Part shown: piece by piece, positions 7,662 through 15,701 of the stretch
How positions within the stretch are numbered: position 1 is the stretch's first letter
Layout: each line of letters starts with the position of its first letter
NCBI GenBank assembly: GCA_026706075.1
Contig: JAPOZM010000108.1
Coordinates: 30,685-94,684, forward strand
DNA length: 64,000 nucleotides
DNA from: Gemmatimonadaceae bacterium
Lineage (GTDB): Bacteria; Latescibacterota; UBA2968; UBA8231
Reading direction: 5' to 3'
Made by a program: the position numbers and the translations under genes
The notes under the pieces: model-generated
Told to the model about the DNA's origin: nothing
The model's database searches: none
The model's input: the letters and a program-made list of their open reading frames with translations, nothing else

Positions 7662-10600
7662 CTACTCCAGCGTGATGGCAGTCGGGATGTCCAGTCCGGT
7701 AACGAGATCCTTGATGTCCGATCCATCGAGGTCTGCGCTTTGGATCTTGCGAGTCCCGCTGTCGGTCCAGTACATCCTGCCTCCATCCAGATCCAGGGCC
7801 ATTCCCCTGGGCGTGCCCAGTGCGGTGACGAGATCCTCAACATTGGATCCGTCGAGATCGGCGCGCTGGATCTTTCCTGCCATGGCATCTGTCCAGTACA
7901 TCCGGTTCCCGTCCACATCCAGGGCCAGTCTGTCAGGGTCGTTCAGTCCGGTGGTGACGAGATCCTGCACGTCCGATCCGTCGAGGTTGGCCCGCTGGAT
8001 CTTGTCCGTGCCTTGATCCACCCAGTACATTTTTCCTCTCGAAACATCCAGGGCCAGGCCCCTTGGCGTGGTCAATCCACTTGTGACAAGGTCTTCGAGG
8101 TTGGAGCCGTCGAGGTTGGCCCGGCGGATCCTGTCCAATTCCATGTCCGTCCAATACATCTGGCCAGCCGTCAAGTCCAGGGCCAACCCCACGGGGTATC
8201 TCAATCCAGTGATGATGAGGTCTTCGACTTGGGACCCATCGAGGTTGGCCCGTTGGATCTTGTCCGTGCCATGGTCGGTCCAGTACATCTTGCCTTCGGT
8301 CAGATCGAGGGCAATGTCAATGAGATGCACCAATCCGGCTGTAACCAGGTCTTGCACGTTGGATCCGTCGAGGTTGGCCCGCTGGATCTCGTCCCGCGAG
8401 CCGGAGTTCGTCCAGTACATCCTCGCTTTCTCGGATATACGGAAGGTATAGGTCCGCAGAACCGCCTGATCCGAGACCCAATCCGAGACCCTGCGCAACT
8501 CCACCCTGGCCTCTCCCGGCTCGCAGGCGGCCAGGTAGACGGACTGCCCGTGGTAGCGGGTGAGGCTGGCCTCCGCCTGGGCCGGGCACGGACCGGCATC
8601 CTCTCCAGATGGGGCGATCAGGATTCGAGGGGGGCTGCCGGTGGGGTTGGCGACCACGACGACCGGCTCGGTAGCCTGGACCTCGAAGCGGCGCCAGGTC
8701 CCGCTCCGGTGCAAGGCCACCGAGGCCGGGTTCGGGGTCAGGGAGGCGAAGGGATTGGCCAGGGCCAGGCCGGTGGGGCTGCCGGTTGATCTGGTGAGAA
8801 GGGTCTCGACGTTGGATCCGTCGAGATCCGCCCTCCCGATCTTCCGGGTCCCGGCGTCGGCCCAGTAGATCTTGCCGCTGGCCAGATCCAGGGCCAGCCC
8901 CTTGGCGATGCTCAGTCCCGTGGTGACAAGGTCTTCGACATCGGACCCGTCGAGGTCGGCCCGCTGGATCTTGTCGGTGCCGTAGTCGGTCCAGTAGATC
9001 TTGCCGGCCCCCGTATCGAGGGCCAGGTCGCCGGGGATCTTCAGGCCGGTGGAGATCAGGTCTTCGACGTTGGATCCGTCGAGGTCTGCCCGCTGGATCT
9101 TGTTGGTGCCGTAGTCGGACCAGTAGATCTTGCCGCCGGCCACGTCCAGTGCCAGACCCTCGGGGCTGTGGAGGCCGACGGAGACCAGGGTCTGGACGCG
9201 GGAGCCGTCGAGGTCGGCGCGCTGGATCCGGTTGGATCCGGCGTCGGTCCAGTAGATGTGGCCCCGGTCCCGGTCCAGGGAGAGGGCCACGGGCCGGATC
9301 AGCCCGGAGTTGACGACGGCCGCCGTCTCGGAGCCGTCGAGGTTGGCGCGCCAGATCCAGCGGCTGCCCTGGTCGGTCCAGTAGACGTGGCCCTCCACCA
9401 CGTCGACGGCCAGGCTGCGGGGCGAGCCGAAGGCGACGATGTCTTCGACGTTGGCCCCGTCGGGGTCGGCGCGCTGGATCTTGTCGCCGGTGGTCCAGTA
9501 GATCGTGGCGGTCCCCGGGCCGGTGGTCGCGGCCGGGACCTCCTCGATGGTGAAGGTGTAGGTCCTCAGGAGGGTCTGGTCGGAGGCCTTCCGCAACTCC
9601 ACCTTGGCCGGGCCGGCTTCGCAGCCGGACAGATAGAGGGTCTGGCCGTCGCTGCGGGTTACGCTGTCCCGGGCCACGGCGGGGCATCGGTTGGAGTCCC
9701 CGCCGCTGCCTGTGATCTCTGCCCTCGGGGTGGAGCCGGTGGGGTTGGCCACGACGACGACGGACTCGCTGGCCTGGACGGTGAAGGCGTGCCAGGCGCC
9801 GTCGTCGAGGATGTCCACTGATGACGGGTCGGGCGACAGCGTGGCCGACGCAGGGGCGGCTTCCCCGGGCATCGATATGGCCAGGGCCAGTGCCGTGGGC
9901 CCGCCCAGGCCGGTGGTGACGAGGCCCTCGACATTGGACCCGTCGAGGTCGGCGCTCTGAATCCTGTCCGGCTCGATTTCGGTCCAGTACATCCTGCCAC
10001 CATCCAGATCCAGGGCTATGCCCCGGGGTTGGCCCAGTTCAGTGACGAGGTCTTCCACCTTGGAGCCGTCGAGATCAGCGCGCTGAATCTTCCCCAGGCC
10101 GGACTCGGTCCAGTAGATCTTCCCCCCCTCCAGATCCAGGGCCAGTTTGTCGGGGACGGCCAGGCCGGTGGCGACGAGATCCTGCACGTCAGATCCGTCG
10201 AGGTTGGCCCGCTGGATCTTGTCCGTGCCATGATCCGCCCAGTACATCTTGCCTCTCGCAATGTCCAGGGCCAGGCCCCTCGGCGTGATCAATCCCCTTG
10301 TGACAAGGTCTTCGATGTTGGATCCGTCGAGGTTGGACCGCTGGATCTTGTCGGTGTTCAAATCCGTCCAGTACATCTTTCCCGCGGTCAGATCGAGGGC
10401 GAGGCCCGAGGGATAGTCCAGCGTGGTGATGAGGTCTTCGACATTGGATCCGTCGAGGTTGGACCGCTGGATCTTGTCCGTCTCCTGATCCATCCAGTAC
10501 ATCTTGCCTTCCGTGAGATCCAGGGCAATGTCACTCGGAGCCCTCAATCCAGTCGTTACCAGGTCTTCCACGTTGGATCCATCGAGGTTGGCTCTTTGAA

Positions 10601-11597
10601 TCTTGTCCGAGATGGAGTCCGTCCAGTACATCCTGGAATCGCGGTCGGGCTCGTCCTGCTCCCCGATCTGCTGAAGAACGAACTGGGTAACGATGAGCCA
10701 GACGTCGATGTAGTCGATCTGGCCATCGCGGTTCATGTCGGCCTGCGAGATGTCGCCGTTGTTGGGCATGGTGACGGAGTTGTCGGCGATGTACGTGGCC
10801 ACCAGCAGGGCGTCCACGATGTCGACCCGGCCGTTGTTGTCCACGTCGCCCGGTACGCCATTGGAGGCGGCTTTCTCCCGTGGGGCCAGGCCGGCCTCTT
10901 CGACCACGAGGTCCACGGGGACCATCCCGGTCTCCACTCGGAAGGCGGGGTCCACGTAAGGGGCCAGTCCCGGGCCGGTGACGGTCAAACCATACACGGC
11001 CGTACCCACCGCTGACGCCTCGGCGCCAGGAGGAGTGCCGCTCGGCATCCCCTGCGGGGCCGGGATCCCGGCCTGCCCGTCCACCAGGACCATGCGTCCG
11101 GTGGCCACCCTCGGCCCGCTTTGCAGCCGGTAGAGATAGACCCCGGCCCCCACGGCCCGCCCCCCGGCATCGGTCCCGTCCCAGCGGGCATGGTGAAAGC
11201 CGGCGGGCTGCACCTCCTCCACCAGCGTGGCGATCCGCTGGCCAAGGAGGTTGAACACCTCGAGGCGCACGGGCGCGGGGGACGGCAGCTGATAGGGGAT
11301 CAGGGTGGAAGGGTTGAAGGGGTTGGGGTAGTTCGGTCCGATGGAGAAACGCTCCGGCAACGCCGAGGGTGCTGCCAGGCCCTCCAGGGACAGCGCGAAT
11401 CGGCCGACCTCGTCCGTCGCGGCAGAGGACAACAGGCGGAACTCGGACAGCTCGAAGAGCCTCACCTGGGCACCGGGGACCGCGGCCCCGGAGGGCAGCC
11501 GTACCCGGCCCTCGAGGGAACCTGCGGCCCCGGTCGCGTCGGTCAGGCCGAGGAGTGCAAGACAACCGATAGCCCATTTCGTGGTTCCGATGCTCAT
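7662..11597 (-). CDS. Large secreted protein (1311 aa). It has a CarboxypepD_reg-like domain, an internal N-terminal T9SS/FlgD-Ig-like domain and a dockerin-like pair. These are followed by three six-bladed YWTD (LDL-receptor class B) beta-propellers separated by two about 100-aa two-Cys spacer domains.
   Basis: ATG at 11595-11597 follows AAGGA. The signal-like N-terminus is MSIGTTKWAIGCLALLGL. NYPNPFNPSTLIPYQLP...GVYLYRL lies at aa about 84-172. GDVDNNGRVDIVDALLVATY and DMNRDGQIDYIDVW form the dockerin-like pair. There are 18 repeats of (M/I)YW(T/A/S)D...KIQRA(N/D)LDGS.VEDLV in three groups of six, at about nt 9873-10634, 8754-9509 and 7665-8426. Confidence 0.85.
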   Translation of the reverse strand: MSIGTTKWAIGCLALLGLTDATGAAGSLEGRVRLPSGAAVPGAQVRLFELSEFRLLSSAATDEVGRFALSLEGLAAPSALPERFSIGPNYPNPFNPSTLIPYQLPSPAPVRLEVFNLLGQRIATLVEEVQPAGFHHARWDGTDAGGRAVGAGVYLYRLQSGPRVATGRMVLVDGQAGIPAPQGMPSGTPPGAEASAVGTAVYGLTVTGPGLAPYVDPAFRVETGMVPVDLVVEEAGLAPREKAASNGVPGDVDNNGRVDIVDALLVATYIADNSVTMPNNGDISQADMNRDGQIDYIDVWLIVTQFVLQQIGEQDEPDRDSRMYWTDSISDKIQRANLDGSNVEDLVTTGLRAPSDIALDLTEGKMYWMDQETDKIQRSNLDGSNVEDLITTLDYPSGLALDLTAGKMYWTDLNTDKIQRSNLDGSNIEDLVTRGLITPRGLALDIARGKMYWADHGTDKIQRANLDGSDVQDLVATGLAVPDKLALDLEGGKIYWTESGLGKIQRADLDGSKVEDLVTELGQPRGIALDLDGGRMYWTEIEPDRIQSADLDGSNVEGLVTTGLGGPTALALAISMPGEAAPASATLSPDPSSVDILDDGAWHAFTVQASESVVVVANPTGSTPRAEITGSGGDSNRCPAVARDSVTRSDGQTLYLSGCEAGPAKVELRKASDQTLLRTYTFTIEEVPAATTGPGTATIYWTTGDKIQRADPDGANVEDIVAFGSPRSLAVDVVEGHVYWTDQGSRWIWRANLDGSETAAVVNSGLIRPVALSLDRDRGHIYWTDAGSNRIQRADLDGSRVQTLVSVGLHSPEGLALDVAGGKIYWSDYGTNKIQRADLDGSNVEDLISTGLKIPGDLALDTGAGKIYWTDYGTDKIQRADLDGSDVEDLVTTGLSIAKGLALDLASGKIYWADAGTRKIGRADLDGSNVETLLTRSTGSPTGLALANPFASLTPNPASVALHRSGTWRRFEVQATEPVVVVANPTGSPPRILIAPSGEDAGPCPAQAEASLTRYHGQSVYLAACEPGEARVELRRVSDWVSDQAVLRTYTFRISEKARMYWTNSGSRDEIQRANLDGSNVQDLVTAGLVHLIDIALDLTEGKMYWTDHGTDKIQRANLDGSQVEDLIITGLRYPVGLALDLTAGQMYWTDMELDRIRRANLDGSNLEDLVTSGLTTPRGLALDVSRGKMYWVDQGTDKIQRANLDGSDVQDLVTTGLNDPDRLALDVDGNRMYWTDAMAGKIQRADLDGSNVEDLVTALGTPRGMALDLDGGRMYWTDSGTRKIQSADLDGSDIKDLVTGLDIPTAITLE

Positions 11598-12043
11598 TCT
11601 GCAATCCTTGTCTGGAGACGGCCTCAGCAGGGTCGGCTCTGGAAGACGTTGGGCCGCTGCTGCTCGTGGAGCGAGGCCGTCTGACCGGCCTCGATCGCCT
11701 GTTCGTACTCCTGGCGCGTCTGTGGCGGGCGGCATGGCCCCGATACCTGCCTGGGAAGGGAACGCAAGAAGCGTGCCTTCAGCTCTCGCCGCGCATCGTC
11801 TCTCGACTGCCCTCGCGGCGACTCGATCGACAATCCTTCCAGTTTCCTGGACAACCAGTGCCTCACAGGCCGGACTCGTCCGGTTTCCCGGACAGGTACG
11901 GCGCGACCGCCCGCGAACCGAAGGCCCCGAGACGCCCGGCGCTCACCTCGACCACGTCGAGATGCCGCGCCGTGGATCGTAGCGGCCGACGACCGACTCC
12001 TTGTGATCGAAGGATGCAGGTTCGTGGTGGTCCATTTCCCAAC

Positions 12044-12868
12044 CTACAGATCGAACAGGGAGGGCGGGTCCCCTTCGGGATGGTCATCGAGGTAGCGCTG
12101 GATGTACCGCCGCGTGACGGGAGGCATCCGCTCCAGGTGCCCCGGCCGGGTCAGGGCCTCGCGCTGTCCGTGCTCGTGCTTCATCACCGTCGCCCCGGCG
12201 CGCCAGAAGGCGCAGTGCAGGGTCCAGCGCTTGCGGCCCTCGGGGTTCCAGCCGCGGTGCCAGAGGTTGGCGTTGTAGTGGACGATGTCCCCGGGCTCCA
12301 GGTCGACGACCAGGGCGCCCGGCATCTCGCCCGATTCGCCGCGGGAGGCCTCGATCTCGGCATCGGTCGACGCCCGCAGGTGGCTCCCGGGGACGATGTG
12401 GAGGAAGCGGTCGCCGGCCACGAGGGGGGCGTTGAACTGTACGAAGCGGCCCTCGTGCCGGGTCAGGTACGCGGTCTCGTCCGGGTCCCCCGGGCGGCCG
12501 AGGTCGCGGTGCCACTTCTGGGTGTACGCCTGCCCGCCGCCGGCGGCGAGCATGCCGAAGAGGCTGTGGCGAACCCCCGGACCGCGGACCAGGGCCTCCA
12601 GCTGAGGCGCGAGATCCTCGTCGATCCAGTCGCCGAAGGCGGGGTGGTACTTCTCGGGGTGCAGCATGTGCTCCGTCCGTGACGGCAGCCGGCGTTCGCG
12701 GTCGATCCATCCCAGCTCGCACTCTCCCGCCAGCCCCTTGTCGATCATGCGCTCGATCCCTTCGAGAAGGGACTCGATGCGGCTCATCGAGAAGGCCTGC
12801 CGCAGGATGAGGAACCCCTCCTCGGCGTAGGTCTCCTTCTCCTGTTGCGAGATCGTCTGGCGAGTCAT
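12044..12868 (-). CDS. Phytanoyl-CoA dioxygenase (PhyH) family Fe(II)/2-oxoglutarate oxygenase.
   Basis: The start MTRQTISQQEK (ATG 12866-12868) overlaps the upstream stop as ATGA. WHRDLG supplies the HxD metal ligands and ANLWHRGWNP the distal His. Overall the sequence is PhyH-like. Confidence 0.8.
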   Translation of the reverse strand: MTRQTISQQEKETYAEEGFLILRQAFSMSRIESLLEGIERMIDKGLAGECELGWIDRERRLPSRTEHMLHPEKYHPAFGDWIDEDLAPQLEALVRGPGVRHSLFGMLAAGGGQAYTQKWHRDLGRPGDPDETAYLTRHEGRFVQFNAPLVAGDRFLHIVPGSHLRASTDAEIEASRGESGEMPGALVVDLEPGDIVHYNANLWHRGWNPEGRKRWTLHCAFWRAGATVMKHEHGQREALTRPGHLERMPPVTRRYIQRYLDDHPEGDPPSLFDL

Positions 12869-14328
12869 TGCGGCGTCACTTCCCCCGCAAACGGTCCGTA
12901 CATGCCCTTCCCCCACTCGATCCGCGCCGATTCCAGGTTGGCCAGCACTTTGGGGTCGCCCGGCGCCGAGGCGATCTCGTCCCCGTCCTGGGCGATGGCG
13001 ATGCGGTCCCCCTCGGCGATGAACTCCAGTGTGGTCTCCCCCTCCCGCCAAGCCGCGGCACCCGCGGCGCATCCCGGCTTGCGCATGCGGTGCACGGTGC
13101 GGTACTCGTCCCAGATCTCGTCGTCGTGGAGGAACTCCATCCTCATGTCCCGCTGCTGACAGCCCTTAGCGCTGGTGGAGATGAACAGGGAGTCCCCCAT
13201 CGGCGCCAGGCCGGTCGTGCGATTGCCCCAGTCGTTCCAGACGATCCTGTCTCCGTGGATCTCGTTGTAGCCCACGGTCCGGTCCTCCCAGGGGTGGTTC
13301 CACTCGTCCGTGACCGGGGGATGGTCGAACATCCTGCGGACGAAGCGCCATGCGCCGCCGTGGTGGTCGTAGCGCCACAGCTCGGCCCACGGCCAGACCC
13401 CCACGTGCAGGTCCCCTCCGAAGAAGCAGGTCGTCTGGGCCTCGCGGACCTCTGTCGAGACACCGGGCATCACCGGCGGCCAGTCCCGCAGGTGGCGCAG
13501 CTCCGACCCCCGCTCCACGTACTCCAGGAGGTTTCCCGTGGGGTAGTGGCCGATCAGCATGCGGTCGTACCAGTTCAGCATCGAGTAGAGCTGGTGGCTG
13601 ACGCCCTTCAGCGACTGGCGGATGATCCGCCACCCCGAACCGTCGAAGGCGTAGACTCCGCCGAGGTTGGAGGACTGGATGATCTCGTCCCCCAGCTGCC
13701 CGGCGGAGAAGGAGCTCTCGCCCGCATAGCGCAGGTCCAGGGTGACCGCCCTGTCCAGGTCGAGAGGACCGTCGCCCGGCCGCCAGGGCACCGCGTGGAG
13801 CTTGCTCCACTCGGGGGTGTTGTTCTGGTAGAAGACGAGATGGCCGTGGGAGTAGTAGAAGTGGTGGTAGCGGCCTTCCCCGGCCCGGTCCAGGATCTTC
13901 GCGCCGTCGTACCAGGCCTCGCCGCCCTTGAACTGGAGCAGCTTCCCGGCCACGCGCATCATGCCCTCGCCGCCTGCCGTCTCACCGATGCCGAACCGGT
14001 CATCGGTGACCCAGGCCCCGGATTCGTCATCGTACCACCGGGCCGTGCGATCGTGATAGTGGCTGAACTGGTAGACCCGGCCGTCGAGATCGAAGAGGTA
14101 GTTGCCGCCGTCCTCGGTCGGGAAGGGCAGCTTCTCCCAGGTCGGCTCGGCGCCGTCGTGGCGGACGAAGAGCTGCAGCGTCCACCGGTCCATGCGGAAG
14201 TGGGTGTTGTAGAGCCCCATGAACCCGGCCCCCAAGACCACCCTGCCATCGTCGCCCCGGGCCTGAAAGACGGTCCCCAGGTTCTGCCCGAGGTCTTCCC
14301 CGAAGTTCACCTTCGCGGTCAGGTGCAT
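12865..14328 (-). CDS. Hypothetical 487-aa protein with no recognisable domain. It is rich in W, H, Y and D and may be beta-rich or propeller-like.
   Basis: ATG at 14326-14328. The gene is translationally coupled on both sides, with a 10-nt overlap with the upstream acyltransferase and an ATGA overlap with the PhyH gene. The composition looks coding and non-shadow. No signal peptide is seen. Confidence 0.7.
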   Translation of the reverse strand: MHLTAKVNFGEDLGQNLGTVFQARGDDGRVVLGAGFMGLYNTHFRMDRWTLQLFVRHDGAEPTWEKLPFPTEDGGNYLFDLDGRVYQFSHYHDRTARWYDDESGAWVTDDRFGIGETAGGEGMMRVAGKLLQFKGGEAWYDGAKILDRAGEGRYHHFYYSHGHLVFYQNNTPEWSKLHAVPWRPGDGPLDLDRAVTLDLRYAGESSFSAGQLGDEIIQSSNLGGVYAFDGSGWRIIRQSLKGVSHQLYSMLNWYDRMLIGHYPTGNLLEYVERGSELRHLRDWPPVMPGVSTEVREAQTTCFFGGDLHVGVWPWAELWRYDHHGGAWRFVRRMFDHPPVTDEWNHPWEDRTVGYNEIHGDRIVWNDWGNRTTGLAPMGDSLFISTSAKGCQQRDMRMEFLHDDEIWDEYRTVHRMRKPGCAAGAAAWREGETTLEFIAEGDRIAIAQDGDEIASAPGDPKVLANLESARIEWGKGMYGPFAGEVTPQ

Positions 14329-15554
14329 TCCCGTTCCTTTCTCGACCCACCGACCAGACTCTGAACGGCTGTCTCGACTTCAGCGGTCGTATGCTCGACG
14401 GTCTCCCTCTTCCGGGCTCGGTACGCGTCGTAGCGCTCCCGGAGATCGATCGGTTCGCCGACACGGACCGATGCCATCCGCGGTCCCCGCGGTTCCGATC
14501 TCCCGAAGACCTCCCGCTCGAGGCGGAGAATCACATCCAGGTAGCGCTCGGGCGAGGGCTCCTCGGCGACATATCCGTCCGTGATCGAAATGAAGTTGAT
14601 CAACCGTTCCAGATCCGGATAGAACTCCTGGATCTTCCGGAGTTGCTCTGCGTGTATCCGACCTTCGTACTCCGTCATCTCCTCGGTATCCTGGTGGACC
14701 TGGGTATCCACGAGGTTCTTCAGGGCGCGAGTCCTGGTGAGGATGTCCGTTCCCTTCTGAACCCCCATGATCCCTTCGGCGCGGGCCAGGATCGCATCCT
14801 TCAACCGATCGATATGGAGATCGAGGGAGACGGTCTCGTCGATCTGGTACTGGTATTCCGCCGCCAGGGTTCGGAAGACGGCCACACCGATGCGGCGCAA
14901 CCGATCGTAGCGCTCGGCCGGCGTCCGTTCGGCGGAGGGGAGGATGTGCCGTTCCAGCCTCTTGAGGGCGGCGTCGATGGAACTCCACATGTCGCGCGGG
15001 TAGTGATACTTCATGCCCACGGGCACGACATACAGCGGCTTGCCGACGTCCGCCTTCACCATGTCGTCCAGGGCCCAGAAGCACATCTGCACGATGCCCC
15101 TCTCGAAGCGCATGACCGTGTCGTTCTGGCGCGAGACCTCTCCTTCTCCGAAGATGACGACCGGCCGCTCCCCCTTGAGCAGCAGCTGCCGCGTCGTCCG
15201 GAAGGCATCCCTGTCGACGGTGCCGCGCACCACCGAGTAGACGCCGACCCGCTGCATCAGCCAGCCCCTGACGGCCCCGAACCGGCCCTTGTCGAAGGCT
15301 TCCCGCGCCGCCATGTAGTAGAACGGTTGCGACACCCGCTTGGACAACAGGAACATGACCACGGGATCGGCCGAGGCCGGGTGGTTGGGGGCCAGGACCG
15401 CGGAGTGCCCCTGTACCGCCTCCAGCCGGGCGATGGACCCGGCATCGACATCCAGCTTCAACCCCTTCAGGAACAGGCGGTTCGCCAGGGGAACGACGGC
15501 CCGTACGATGCGGATCACTGCCGTGTTGGGCTCAGGTCGCTTGAAGTCCAGCAT
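14319..15554 (-). CDS. PlsC-family (lysophospholipid/glycerolipid) acyltransferase with a long C-terminal extension (411 aa).
   Basis: ATG at 15552-15554. The HX4D motif is in LAPNHPASADP. The FGEGE block corresponds to the FPEGT motif. The C-terminal roughly 200 aa has no motif I recognise. Confidence 0.75.
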   Translation of the reverse strand: MLDFKRPEPNTAVIRIVRAVVPLANRLFLKGLKLDVDAGSIARLEAVQGHSAVLAPNHPASADPVVMFLLSKRVSQPFYYMAAREAFDKGRFGAVRGWLMQRVGVYSVVRGTVDRDAFRTTRQLLLKGERPVVIFGEGEVSRQNDTVMRFERGIVQMCFWALDDMVKADVGKPLYVVPVGMKYHYPRDMWSSIDAALKRLERHILPSAERTPAERYDRLRRIGVAVFRTLAAEYQYQIDETVSLDLHIDRLKDAILARAEGIMGVQKGTDILTRTRALKNLVDTQVHQDTEEMTEYEGRIHAEQLRKIQEFYPDLERLINFISITDGYVAEEPSPERYLDVILRLEREVFGRSEPRGPRMASVRVGEPIDLRERYDAYRARKRETVEHTTAEVETAVQSLVGGSRKERECT

Positions 15555-15582
15555 CCGGTCCTGTCATCGTCGTGGGAGAACA

Positions 15583-15618
15583 CGCCCGCCCCGCGCCGGG
15601 GGGCCCGCGGGGCGTGCG
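15583..15618 (-). terminator. GC-rich hairpin downstream of the 15702-17930 gene; possible terminator with a weak U-tract.
   Basis: The 9-bp arms cgccccgcg (15587-15595) and cgcggggcg (15606-15614) pair perfectly. Three more outer pairs follow after one mismatch. It lies in the 147-nt gap between two co-directional genes. Confidence 0.3.
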
Positions 15619-15701
15619 CGACGTGCCGCTGCCAACGGCCGGTCGGTGTCTACGTGATGCGGCTTGATGACGAACCGGGGCGACCGTGCAGACTCACGGG
15701 C

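Noticed and set aside
7662-10640. Regular ~129-nt periodicity that could be mistaken for a repeat array or CRISPR-like structure.
   Set aside because: The period corresponds to 43-aa YWTD blades inside one continuous ORF. The repeats are imperfect at the DNA level, there are no unique spacers, and no cas genes are present.
11624-11866. 80-aa minus-strand ORF in the 446-nt gap between the PhyH gene and the YWTD protein gene; also small hairpins such as ccggactcgtccgg near 11868-11881.
   Set aside because: There is no RBS, no recognisable motif, the composition is Arg/Gln/Pro-rich, and the position is consistent with a long 5' leader or promoter region. The hairpins are short (5-6 bp) and not followed by U-tracts on the relevant strand.
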